A DNA stretch of 43,536 bases from a virus (Duplodnaviria > Caudoviricetes): positions 1 to 43,536 of IMG/VR virus record IMGVR_UViG_3300028844_004072. The stretch is one strand, 5' to 3'. The position numbers and the translations under genes are program-made. The notes beneath the pieces are model-generated. The model worked only from the letters and a program-made list of their open reading frames with translations. It was not told where the DNA came from and searched no databases. Every line of letters begins with the position of its first letter. Position 1 is the stretch's first letter. Positions 1-9,365 of the stretch are shown here, piece by piece.

Positions 1-144
1 ACAGAATACCGAAAAGCAAAACACAGCCGTACTTAACGAAATCACCTAACCTATCGAAACATGACCCGATAGCCGGATACGATTACCCAGCGTTTACAAC
101 AAACACAACGATAAAGCAGCAAGTTCGATACGCAAGAGAGCTAA
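1..144. repeat. Terminal direct repeat, left copy (circular assembly overlap)
   Basis: nt 1-144 are identical to 43393-43536, and the reading frame continues through the junction. Confidence 0.97.
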
Positions 145-2096
145 TAGGTTCGCTCGAGACAACAACTAGTGAAGAAAACAAAACGTTTAACGAGCTATCA
201 GCGCAACGCGACGAAATAAAAAATCGCCGCGATGACGCTTACGCAAAACTTCGCAAGTCGAGCACCTTAGCGAATAGCGAAGTTTTCGTACTGGACGACC
301 TGCTTAACAAACGCGCACAAGAGGAAACGAAATCTATATCGGTAAAAAAAGTCGGCGTCGATGAAGGCGGAACCGATGACCCGATGACCGGAAAGCCGAG
401 AGACGTTTACGCTTTATATTCTGTGTATTACGAGCAAGACGAAAACGGGAATCGACGTGCAGTACCGTTCGAGGTGTATCGCGCAGCTATTGGGCGTCGC
501 AACCTGCAAGGGAAAAACACACCGCACGGTACGGCGGCAGAGAATGACGAAGAAGCGGCCAAGCAAATTCTCACCAGCGGTGCAGAAATAAGAAATTTGT
601 TTCTCGAGCATCCATCCATACCAGACCGTGACTACCATCGGGAGCAACGCTTTTTAGCAGAGCGAGAGGGGCGGAAAAAAGCGTATTTTGGAATGGAGCC
701 GATGATAAAACGATTACGCGCAGAAGCATACGCGGGCGAAACACACGCTCGGCAGGGAAGTTATGCGGAAGCGTTGGGAAAAATGCAATTAGCTAATGAA
801 ATCGCCGTGGGACTCAAAAAGGCCGGAGTCCCAATAGACCCCAAGCCGTTCAGCTACGCGCAAGATGACGCAGCAAATCTATCCAAAGCAGAGAAAGACC
901 TAGATTCATTTACAGACGTATCCGGGAAAGAGTTTGCATCGTTGCTTGTAAAAAAACAAACGAATCAACTCCGCAATATGCAACTCAAGGTGGCAAGTAA
1001 TCCCGAGTATCATCGCTGGTCGCCAAACAATAAAGCGGTCGACGAGCAAGGACTTCCGCTAATTATTTTCCACGGCACCGATTCAGGAGGTTTTGACGAG
1101 TTTCGACGTGGCGACGTTGAAGGACACGTTTATGGCTCTACAAACGTCGACGTTGCCGCAACATACACCGGCGGAAATTACCGGGACGACGTAACACCAG
1201 CACTCGCAAACACCGCAGAAGATGTAGCCGCTTCGCTATCGAACAGTCCGAGATTGCGGATGGCAAGAGTAACAGACAATAGAACCGGGCAGCAAAAATA
1301 CGCAGTGGTAAAGCAATTTGATTTTGCACCAAATCCGCCGCCGCTAACACGCGAGGCGCTCCGAGAAAAAGACAAGTTGATTCCATTGTGCTCAGAGGAA
1401 GAATTTGTAGTCCGATGGAACGAATGGTTAAGCAGCAAAGACCGAACGTGGGACATAGAAGCAAGAGGTGTGTACCCGTTGATATTCAGCTTGCAAAAGC
1501 CTCTTATCGTTGACGGTCAAGGAGCGACGTGGAGTGAAATACCAGTTATGCCGGAGGACGCAGGTATGCTATCCACCTCGGAGTTATTCAACAACAGAGT
1601 CGTTGCGGAATTAGTCGATATGAAATACGACGGCTACACGGATGGACTGCTCGACGACATACGCGGGTACGTTCGGCGATACCGCCAAACGGCGGATTTG
1701 GTAACGGGCGACGTAGAGACGGCTGAAAATATGGAGCGGCGCGTCGAGGAAATAATGGAAAAAGTTATGACCGGCACGTATAGCATGCAGCCGCTTTTTG
1801 ACATGATCGACGAAATTGCAGTAGAAGAACCACCATCGGAAATACTACACGATCTATTTGAAGTACCGCGAACATTGACGACACGCGAATACGCGCAGTT
1901 TGCAGAGGATCTTGGGCACGACGGAATTATATGGAAAGATATTCACGATCTTGGTGGATACCCGGACGCTTCCGTCTTAACCAGTGACGTTTTTGTTGCG
2001 TTCGATTATTCAAACGTTAAGTCGGCGCACAACATCGGCGGTTTCGGACAGAAACGCGAGGACAGAAACAAACTTTTATATTCGGCGGTCAGTTAA
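3..2096 (+). CDS. C-terminal 697 aa of the giant polyvalent protein (continues from 40293 across the origin); ends in an ART-PolyVal-type ADP-ribosyltransferase domain
   Basis: The frame is open from nt 3, upstream of the track's M at 384. Motifs VDEQGLPLIIFHGT (H at 1071), GVYPLIFSLQKP, GHDGIIWKD and VAFDYSNVKSAHNIGGF match the ART-PolyVal pattern. Confidence 0.85.
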   Translation, partial: RIPKSKTQPYLTKSPNLSKHDPIAGYDYPAFTTNTTIKQQVRYARELIGSLETTTSEENKTFNELSAQRDEIKNRRDDAYAKLRKSSTLANSEVFVLDDLLNKRAQEETKSISVKKVGVDEGGTDDPMTGKPRDVYALYSVYYEQDENGNRRAVPFEVYRAAIGRRNLQGKNTPHGTAAENDEEAAKQILTSGAEIRNLFLEHPSIPDRDYHREQRFLAEREGRKKAYFGMEPMIKRLRAEAYAGETHARQGSYAEALGKMQLANEIAVGLKKAGVPIDPKPFSYAQDDAANLSKAEKDLDSFTDVSGKEFASLLVKKQTNQLRNMQLKVASNPEYHRWSPNNKAVDEQGLPLIIFHGTDSGGFDEFRRGDVEGHVYGSTNVDVAATYTGGNYRDDVTPALANTAEDVAASLSNSPRLRMARVTDNRTGQQKYAVVKQFDFAPNPPPLTREALREKDKLIPLCSEEEFVVRWNEWLSSKDRTWDIEARGVYPLIFSLQKPLIVDGQGATWSEIPVMPEDAGMLSTSELFNNRVVAELVDMKYDGYTDGLLDDIRGYVRRYRQTADLVTGDVETAENMERRVEEIMEKVMTGTYSMQPLFDMIDEIAVEEPPSEILHDLFEVPRTLTTREYAQFAEDLGHDGIIWKDIHDLGGYPDASVLTSDVFVAFDYSNVKSAHNIGGFGQKREDRNKLLYSAVS

Positions 2097-4916
2097 ATGA
2101 AAACTTTCTCACAAGCGGTAGCGGATTTCCTTGACCAATATAGGGCGAACGAAAAGCAAGGTCGGTTTATATCCGTTGACTCCGACGGCGACGGAGATAA
2201 GCAGGCGATATGGGTACAGGACGACGGAACCGTAAATCCACAAAGTAGCAACCCCGGAAAGTGGAAAGGCTACGAGCCCGAATCGGTAGAAGAACCACAG
2301 AAAACAGGGAAACCAAAATACAAAACTAAAGACATTGGTTTGCGACCGTTTGTTTTGCAAGAAGCACAAAAGAACAAGGACGGTACGGTACGAAAAAACA
2401 GCAAGCCAAAGTTAAGGCAAAGCGAAGCCGTAAAGAAAGTAATGCGATTCGACCGCGAAGCCGGCGAATGGCGTGCGCTAACGAAAACGGGCAAGCTAAT
2501 CGAGCGACAGCCAAGAGAGAGCTTTGACGAGGTAGCAAAATCGAGGGCGTTCGACGTAGGTTATGATCCGACGAAAGAGGATGTTGCTAGAGTCAAAGAA
2601 ATAGCAAAGCAAGTGCAGAAAGAAACTAACGAGCGGTCGCAAGAAATAGTCGATGCGATGCGAGAGCTATTTGCAAACAGGCCGGGCGGATTGTCGGCGT
2701 GGCAAGCAAAAGCAAGAGCCGCCTCGGACATACGCACCCTAGAGGATGCAGGAATTGACCAAATAATTGCAGGTCAAACGTACTCGGACGCCGAAACCAA
2801 TCTCTTGCCTATTATCCGAGCTCACGCCGGGTATCTAATGCAAGGCGGCGACGACGACGAGCAAGCCGTATTTGAGGCGCTGCGAAAACCGCTTCCGAAA
2901 CCGGTACCCTTAAACAATCCCGGTGTAGTAGAGCGGGCGGGAATTTTGTTTGCAGAGGAACGAGAACAAAACAGTGAGCTCGAGTCGGAGTATTCGCGGG
3001 AGTTCATCGACCTATTAGCCCAAAAGCAAAAACTATATGACGAAAACGCCGATTACGAGCAAATAGCGGAGCTAGATCGCGTAATGGAATCGCAGCACAC
3101 AGATGAGTTCAACCGATTTTACGGCGACGATGAAGAAATATGGGGCGACGATAGCGAATCGGTGCCGTTTCAAGCGACTTCATTTACAGACGCAGTTGAG
3201 CTCTACAAAGCAACAGAAAACGGTCGTTTTATAACCGTACGACCAAATGATGAAGAAGAAGGGCACGCAATATTCGTCACCGACGACGGAGTAGTAAACC
3301 CGAACAGCAAAAACCCCGGCCAGTGGAAAAAGTTTAAGACGTCAAAACAAAATCGCATTGAAAAGGGCGAGGAAGGAGCAGGGAGATTTACGACCGAAAA
3401 AATGCAACAAGCGAGAGAGGAATACGTTAAAAGACGTGGCAATTTCTCGATTAGAGACAAAAACTTCGATGCAGTTGTAAGGCGACTCGGAGGGGAAGAA
3501 AAACTACTTCAATCACCGCTAAAAGAATTAGACACGACGCAAGTTACCGCACGCGCAATGCTCGAACAAAAGAAGAAAATAAAAGAGCTAAAGCAAATGA
3601 AAGGAGGCGTTGTAAAGTTATTTCAAAATCGAGTATTTAATACGAGCAAATTGTTTATTGATTCGGAAACAATGCTTGATCTACAGAACGAAATACCGCG
3701 AGTCGAAGGGTGGCAAAAAGAGCTAAAAGATATGCTAAAGAAGATCGGTAGAGAAAACGACTTCTATTACGACACAGACCGACCCGGCAGAGGCATGATT
3801 CGCGCGTTTGAGTTCTTAACAAAAGAAAACTCGGCAAGACAGTCGTGGGGATATGAGGTTGCTACTTATAGCGGTTTGAACGGCAAAGCACTCGATTCAC
3901 TTATGACGAAGCACCGAAACGCGGTGCGAAAAGCAGTCAAAGCGGGAGAAGACGTACCCGCTTACATCACCGACACCTATTCGCACCTTCCTTGGGCACC
4001 GGGCGAACAGACTTCTAAAAAAAGCGAGCCGTACGTCAAATGGCTCGATCAACACAAAGAGACAGGCAAGTTTCGCGTGCAGGCCAGCGAAGGCAGGAAA
4101 ATACGAAAGCAGGCTAACGACGCAGTAGATAGCTATAGAAAAACATTGCTATCGAAAAACAAAGCGATGAATACCGAGCTCGCTCGATTGAAAGATGAGC
4201 TCAACGGTATGCGGGACGCATACTGGAAAGAAAATGTATTCGACGACAAAGCGAAGGACGAAGCCTACCACGCAAAATCCGACGAGTTAAAGCAGAAGAT
4301 AGCCACGACTCAAAAAGACATGCGAACGTTGCTGCGAACCGAAATTGACAAAATACCCAGCAACCGCAAAAGGCCGGTCGAAAAGCGAGCAATCAACGCA
4401 AATCTTACGGGAGACACTATGGTGACACAGCAAGCACTCGATTCAGCGGTCGATTGGATCGAGCATATATCCGGTGGCGCACTCACCAACTACAGCGTCG
4501 ACGTCACTACAGCAAAGCCTTCCGACGGTGTTTCTTACCACCGATCCGCGTACTACTCCGACCAAAACACCGTAAAAATGTCGCCAGCGCAATCGCTTAC
4601 CACATCGGTTTTGATTCATGAACTATGTCATTCGATTGACCACAAGACCGAAATTGGGCCGAAAACTAAAGCGTTTCAGGCGCAAGCCATACAGAAGCAC
4701 AAAACAAAAGCTCTAGGAAAGCGATACAAAACGTACGAAATCGGCTCACAGGACGGATTTACCGATGCGTACACAGGTAAGTTTTACAACGGCGCAAGAT
4801 CGTCAGAAGTTTTGACGATGGGCGCACAAAAGCTATACGAAAACTGGGTCGCATTAGCGGAGAAATCACCAGACCACTTCAATTACACCATAGCAGCGCT
4901 GAGAGGATTGTTATGA
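2097..4916 (+). CDS. Large multidomain putative virion/head protein with two N-terminal repeats and a C-terminal zincin (HEXXH) metallopeptidase-like domain
   Basis: 939-aa ORF abutting the previous stop. VLIHELCHSIDH (4617-4631) is followed by YTGKFY...SEVLTMG. A GRFI[ST]V...AI.V.DDG.VNP.S.NPG.WK module occurs twice. Confidence 0.7.
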   Translation: MKTFSQAVADFLDQYRANEKQGRFISVDSDGDGDKQAIWVQDDGTVNPQSSNPGKWKGYEPESVEEPQKTGKPKYKTKDIGLRPFVLQEAQKNKDGTVRKNSKPKLRQSEAVKKVMRFDREAGEWRALTKTGKLIERQPRESFDEVAKSRAFDVGYDPTKEDVARVKEIAKQVQKETNERSQEIVDAMRELFANRPGGLSAWQAKARAASDIRTLEDAGIDQIIAGQTYSDAETNLLPIIRAHAGYLMQGGDDDEQAVFEALRKPLPKPVPLNNPGVVERAGILFAEEREQNSELESEYSREFIDLLAQKQKLYDENADYEQIAELDRVMESQHTDEFNRFYGDDEEIWGDDSESVPFQATSFTDAVELYKATENGRFITVRPNDEEEGHAIFVTDDGVVNPNSKNPGQWKKFKTSKQNRIEKGEEGAGRFTTEKMQQAREEYVKRRGNFSIRDKNFDAVVRRLGGEEKLLQSPLKELDTTQVTARAMLEQKKKIKELKQMKGGVVKLFQNRVFNTSKLFIDSETMLDLQNEIPRVEGWQKELKDMLKKIGRENDFYYDTDRPGRGMIRAFEFLTKENSARQSWGYEVATYSGLNGKALDSLMTKHRNAVRKAVKAGEDVPAYITDTYSHLPWAPGEQTSKKSEPYVKWLDQHKETGKFRVQASEGRKIRKQANDAVDSYRKTLLSKNKAMNTELARLKDELNGMRDAYWKENVFDDKAKDEAYHAKSDELKQKIATTQKDMRTLLRTEIDKIPSNRKRPVEKRAINANLTGDTMVTQQALDSAVDWIEHISGGALTNYSVDVTTAKPSDGVSYHRSAYYSDQNTVKMSPAQSLTTSVLIHELCHSIDHKTEIGPKTKAFQAQAIQKHKTKALGKRYKTYEIGSQDGFTDAYTGKFYNGARSSEVLTMGAQKLYENWVALAEKSPDHFNYTIAALRGLL

Positions 4917-5206
4917 AAACCGAGCCAAGCGATATGATTGCAGAAATTTTGCCGCTCGCAAAAATACACACGACCAGCGGAGATTGTGTCGTGTTAATGG
5001 GTGACGGGGTTTGGTACAGCAATAACGAAAGTTTGTCCGACGCCGTAAACCAAATCGCTAGTTTCGAGCACTATCGACCCGAATATGGGGAACCAAAAAA
5101 GTGGGCGACGCTTACAGCACATGAAAAAACGAAAGGTTCGTTATCTATCTACTTTGCGGACGCAGAGAAACCCGAACCGGGTGCAGAAACAAAGGTAAAT
5201 TTCTAA
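4913..5206 (+). CDS. Hypothetical protein (97 aa) coupled to the metallopeptidase gene
   Basis: ATGA overlap with the upstream stop; fills the gap before the protease gene. Confidence 0.7.
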   Translation: MKTEPSDMIAEILPLAKIHTTSGDCVVLMGDGVWYSNNESLSDAVNQIASFEHYRPEYGEPKKWATLTAHEKTKGSLSIYFADAEKPEPGAETKVNF

Positions 5207-5246
5207 TAGCTTGCACTAAATCGAAAAAAACGGTTAAAACGACGAA

Positions 5247-7295
5247 ATGGCCACAGCAGTACGGACACAAATGACAGTCCCGCAAGCGAATGAAACAGAA
5301 GAAGATTTCATCGTGCGGTCGCACTACGCACTCGCGTCGGCTTTACCAGATCCGGCGCAACGAAACCGCGTTATCTGGCAAGCGTGGGATAACGCACGTG
5401 GTAACGAAATGTACGCTCGAGCATCGCAGCATTTTGCCACCGAGCAATACAGCCCGACGGAGCCGCGACCATTTTTTATGGAGCACGAAAAAGTCAACTA
5501 CGGGTCGGACGGATCCGAGCAAATCACTAACTACGACCTTGGTGAACTCACGAAGATTGTTCGTGAAAACAATCACCGGATCCAAGACACGGACGCATAC
5601 ACAGCCCTAGTCGATAAGCACACGCTACCACCACCGTATCGCGACCCAGATCCGCCAAAAAACCTAGGATTTGTCGGCCCCTACAGGCTGGGTATGGTCG
5701 GACGAAAAAATCCGCGATGGGGCATTTTTGCAAATGAATGGCAGAGAAACGACAAGGCAAAGCAGTTAAGCGATAGACCGAATCGAAGCGTTGAAGTGCT
5801 GCAACTTAAAGCTAACGGTCGTCGGTATATCGACCCGATAGCCGCGTTGTCGGAGGCACCACGGTTGCCACTTCCAACGACAGCACAGTACGCAGCAGAC
5901 GCAGAAGCGGAAGCTATCACCGTCGAAAGATACGACGCTACTACAGCTATTGGGTCGTTTCCGGGTAGCTCAAACACAATGATAAAGACCGCAAAAAAAG
6001 GCAAAGCAGATATGTACGGAAGCGCACCCGTCGATCAAGACATGATTCGAGAGGTACTAAACGCGTTAATGAGTACGGAGGAGTGGCAAACGATTAGCAA
6101 CGCTGCCGCGATGATCGGGGACGATCAACCCGTAAACACCGGACAAGGCGAGCTCGGCGATATGCCGATGGACGACCCGATGGCGGGCGGTATGGCTGAA
6201 CCGCCAATGGCCGAGCCAATGGCGGATCCAATGGCGGATCCAATGATGGGCGGCGAAATGGAAGAAGAATACGTACAGGAGGACGTAGAGAACGCACCTA
6301 TGCCCGATCAAAACGGGATCGGTCAAATGGGGCTAACCGCAGCGGCTCAGGGAGCGCACGCTAATAAAATGCTTGGCAATTCTGCCGGATCCGCGATGCG
6401 GAAAGGCGTAGACCGAAACGCAGCACCAGCACTAGCAGCAGCAGGGCGATTGGCAGCCGGAACAGCAGCGAGGGCAGCAGGAGGAACCGCAGCACGAACA
6501 GCAGGCGGGACGGCAGCGAGAGGCGCGGCACAAGGCGGAAAATCGAAGCTAGGGCAGACTGCAAAAGAGATGGGAACAGATATGGCAATCGACGCAGTAG
6601 CGAACAAAATCGGCGGTGGCGGCGGCGGTGGCGGCGGTGGCGGCGGCCAACAAGAAAATAAACCGGGAATCCTAGCGAGGATTCTATCAGGGCCGGGAGC
6701 GCAGGACGCAGCAGCGGCCCCACCCGCACAGTTTGGAGCCACCAAAGGCTATCACCGTTATTCAACCAACGCAGAGGACAATTCTATGCGACGCGATCAG
6801 TATGCAGCACTTACCGCCGAAAACCAGCAAATGCGAACCGAGCTCAACGAGCTCAAAAACCACAACGATAGCTTGCTTACCGAACAAGCGCAAATGTATG
6901 CAGCGACACAGCACGAAGTCGTGCAATTACGGCAAAACGCTATCGACGCAGAGCGAAAAGAGCGATTGACACACCTTGCACACCAATACTCAGCCGTCAA
7001 CCTACGGAACGAGATGGACGAGTGCCTATACGCAAGTGGCTCAGAGATGAGCAACGACGAGTTTGAAAAGCGAATTGAGTTAATTCAGCACTACGCAGCG
7101 GCTTCGGCACCATCATCGCCGCTAATCCCGCTCGGCTACGACGGAACCCTTGCAAACGGCGACGTTAATAGCGACCGCTTTGCTGCCAAGGTTGCAGATA
7201 AAGCACTCGAGTTAGTCAACGCCGGTATCAAATCAGGCAAGCGACTTTCCTATTCAGAAGCAGTAACGCAAGCAAAAACCGAGCTCGCAGAGTAA
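5247..7295 (+). CDS. Prohead protease/scaffold fusion (Mu gpI/Z-like)
   Basis: Lies just upstream of cement and MCP. The N-terminal globular part has DKH..., RSVE and PIAAL..AP. A low-complexity linker leads to a coiled-coil C-terminus ending YSEAVTQAKTELAE. Confidence 0.7.
   Translation: MATAVRTQMTVPQANETEEDFIVRSHYALASALPDPAQRNRVIWQAWDNARGNEMYARASQHFATEQYSPTEPRPFFMEHEKVNYGSDGSEQITNYDLGELTKIVRENNHRIQDTDAYTALVDKHTLPPPYRDPDPPKNLGFVGPYRLGMVGRKNPRWGIFANEWQRNDKAKQLSDRPNRSVEVLQLKANGRRYIDPIAALSEAPRLPLPTTAQYAADAEAEAITVERYDATTAIGSFPGSSNTMIKTAKKGKADMYGSAPVDQDMIREVLNALMSTEEWQTISNAAAMIGDDQPVNTGQGELGDMPMDDPMAGGMAEPPMAEPMADPMADPMMGGEMEEEYVQEDVENAPMPDQNGIGQMGLTAAAQGAHANKMLGNSAGSAMRKGVDRNAAPALAAAGRLAAGTAARAAGGTAARTAGGTAARGAAQGGKSKLGQTAKEMGTDMAIDAVANKIGGGGGGGGGGGGQQENKPGILARILSGPGAQDAAAAPPAQFGATKGYHRYSTNAEDNSMRRDQYAALTAENQQMRTELNELKNHNDSLLTEQAQMYAATQHEVVQLRQNAIDAERKERLTHLAHQYSAVNLRNEMDECLYASGSEMSNDEFEKRIELIQHYAAASAPSSPLIPLGYDGTLANGDVNSDRFAAKVADKALELVNAGIKSGKRLSYSEAVTQAKTELAE
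6612..6647 (+). repeat. GGY trinucleotide run encoding poly-Gly, next to GTAAR and PMAD/E peptide repeats in the protease/scaffold linker
   Basis: ggcggtggcggcggcggtggcggcggtggcggcggc, read directly from the sequence. Confidence 0.9.
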
Positions 7296-7329
7296 ACAAA
7301 AAACCACCACCTAAATAGAGGAATTAACT

Positions 7330-7722
7330 ATGGCCGGGAACGGACAACAATTTAAAGCGGGGGCGAACATTAACCCTTCCGTATTCGTCAAATTGTCAGC
7401 CGATAACAAAGTCGTGACGGCAGCCGCCGGTGACGAAGCTATCGGCGTTATGCACGAATCACTGTGGGACGCACCCATCCCCGGAAACACTAATACCTAC
7501 GCCGTTCCCAGCGGTCAGAGCAAGCGTGTTTACCAAGCGACCGAAAGCTGCGAGGTAATCGCCGGCGCGAACCTAGCCGCCGGAAATCTAATCGCTCCCG
7601 ACCTTAACGGACAAGGAATTGTCGCTGCCGTAGGTTCTGGCGTTCCCTACGCCGGAATTTGCACGCAAGGCGCAGATGCAGGCGGCAAAGCAAAGATTCT
7701 CGTCACCATCGGAATCGCTTAA
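7330..7722 (+). CDS. Capsid cement/decoration protein (DUF2190-like)
   Basis: 130-aa Ala/Gly-rich ORF between scaffold and MCP; AGANINP..FVKL, AIGV and AG.NLAAG..IAPD..G pattern; GAGG RBS. Confidence 0.75.
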   Translation: MAGNGQQFKAGANINPSVFVKLSADNKVVTAAAGDEAIGVMHESLWDAPIPGNTNTYAVPSGQSKRVYQATESCEVIAGANLAAGNLIAPDLNGQGIVAAVGSGVPYAGICTQGADAGGKAKILVTIGIA

Positions 7723-7736
7723 ACAAAACCCAAAAA

Positions 7737-7791
7737 TTCGTCCCGGGCGGGGGCGCGAAAGAAACGAAAACCCCACCCAAATTAGGACGAA
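7737..7791 (+). promoter_or_regulatory. Predicted mRNA hairpin covering the MCP ribosome-binding site
   Basis: TTCGTCC (7737-7743) pairs with GGACGAA (7785-7791); GGGCGGGG (7745-7752) pairs with CCCCACCC (7771-7778). Confidence 0.5.
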
Positions 7792-7794
7792 AAA

Positions 7795-8838
7795 ATGGCA
7801 TACGCTTTACCCGGCGGTAACAATACTTTTGTTAAGGATCTCGATGCGTCGGGACGCCTTATCACAGAATTTAGCCGTAACCCAGATGACTTCGCGTTGA
7901 ATAGCTATATTCAGTTGTCGAACGTGAATAAGTCGAGCGGATACTATCTCAAAATCACACCGGAAGAAGCAGCTCGCGTATTGAGCTCGGATCTTGCCGA
8001 GTTTGTATGGCCCGACGGCTCCCCGCGACCAGAGCGAAACAACGGAACCGAAAGTTTTACGTTCGAGGGGTATGAGACGGAGCGTTATAACTTCGACTTT
8101 ACAATCGGAAGAAAATCTTCCGAACAAGCGGACTGGAACATCGTCGAATCGCACGCTCGCATGAAAGCGCAGCAGGCAATGACTGCCCGCACGCAACAAG
8201 TCCACGGCTTGCTGCAAGACAACAACACTTGGGCAGCTAACCATAGCTCCGACGTTGTTGCTATTGCCGGTAACACTGGGACTTGGGATCAGAGCACAGT
8301 TGCTCGCCAAGACATCAAGCGTTCGCTCGCATTCGCGGTGGAAAAGGTGATGATTGCAACGCTATCGGTCGTTCGCAGGAAAGACCTTCAGCTTGTTTTG
8401 AGCCCACACGCGGCGCACGCAATGGCGGAGAGCCAAGAGATTGTCGACCACATCAAGAGCAGCCCGGACGCCTACAGCCAAGTAAAAGGTGAAGTAGGAA
8501 AGTGGGGCGAGTATGGATTGCCCGACAACTTGTACGGTATTCCCATCGTTGTGGAAGATGCAGTTCGAGTTTCCTCGAAGCGTGGAGCAACGTTGGCTAG
8601 TGGTTTCCTTTGCGACCCCGTTCAAGCATATTTGCTTGCACGCCCCGGTAGCCTAGTCGCTGAATCCGGTGGCCCGTCGTTCTCGAGCGTCCACTTGTTT
8701 GTGCAAGAGGACATGACCGTTTACACGAAAGACGACGAGGACAATCGCCGCACAGTTGGTAACGTTGTCGACGACTTTGACGTTGTTGCGACCGCACCAG
8801 CTTCGGCGTTCAGGTTCACTGATTGCGTTCAACCGTAG
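7795..8838 (+). CDS. Major capsid protein
   Basis: 347 aa; synteny (scaffold-cement-MCP-adaptor); HK97-like ending LPDNLYGIPIVVED...VVATAPASAFRFTD. Confidence 0.85.
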   Translation: MAYALPGGNNTFVKDLDASGRLITEFSRNPDDFALNSYIQLSNVNKSSGYYLKITPEEAARVLSSDLAEFVWPDGSPRPERNNGTESFTFEGYETERYNFDFTIGRKSSEQADWNIVESHARMKAQQAMTARTQQVHGLLQDNNTWAANHSSDVVAIAGNTGTWDQSTVARQDIKRSLAFAVEKVMIATLSVVRRKDLQLVLSPHAAHAMAESQEIVDHIKSSPDAYSQVKGEVGKWGEYGLPDNLYGIPIVVEDAVRVSSKRGATLASGFLCDPVQAYLLARPGSLVAESGGPSFSSVHLFVQEDMTVYTKDDEDNRRTVGNVVDDFDVVATAPASAFRFTDCVQP

Positions 8839-8848
8839 TGAGTGAAAA

Positions 8849-9364
8849 ATGGCCTACGCCGACGGAAACGACTTAGCAGCACGCTACGACATTGACTGGG
8901 TGGGTGATCTCGCGACCGACAACCGCGAGCACCTATCCCGTGGCGCGATTGCTACGCACCCGTCGGTATTAGCAGCGCTGGACGGAGCTTCGGGGCAAGT
9001 CCAAGCCGCCTTGATACAAGGCGGCCAATACACCGTAGACGACTTATCGACGCTGACAGGCGTAAATAGAGCGTATCTCGCAGACTTAGTTTGCGGGCTT
9101 GCGATCATTCGCCTCTACGAGCGTCGGGGCGAGTCGATACCAGCAAACGCAGAAGCGAGCCAACAAAAGTGGTGGACGTTGCTGGACAAACTTGCGAACG
9201 GGCAAAACATTTTCAATCTACCCAGTCAACTTGACGCAACGATTGTCGACCACGCAGGGCCAACCGCAGTTCAACTCGAGCACCGAAACGATTTGACGGT
9301 ACGCAGCAAGCAGTTCCCGCCACCAATCACACGCTTACCGACCGCACAAGGCGGAGGAACCTAA
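8849..9364 (+). CDS. Head-tail adaptor (Mu gp36/DUF1320-like)
   Basis: N-terminus MAYADGNDLAARYD...LAALDGASGQVQAAL..GG.Y; directly follows the MCP. Confidence 0.7.
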   Translation: MAYADGNDLAARYDIDWVGDLATDNREHLSRGAIATHPSVLAALDGASGQVQAALIQGGQYTVDDLSTLTGVNRAYLADLVCGLAIIRLYERRGESIPANAEASQQKWWTLLDKLANGQNIFNLPSQLDATIVDHAGPTAVQLEHRNDLTVRSKQFPPPITRLPTAQGGGT

Positions 9365-9365
9365 T

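Noticed and set aside
384-2096. Stand-alone 570-aa gene starting at M384
   Set aside because: The frame is open upstream to nt 3 and back through the junction to 40281. An internal start cannot be excluded but is not needed.
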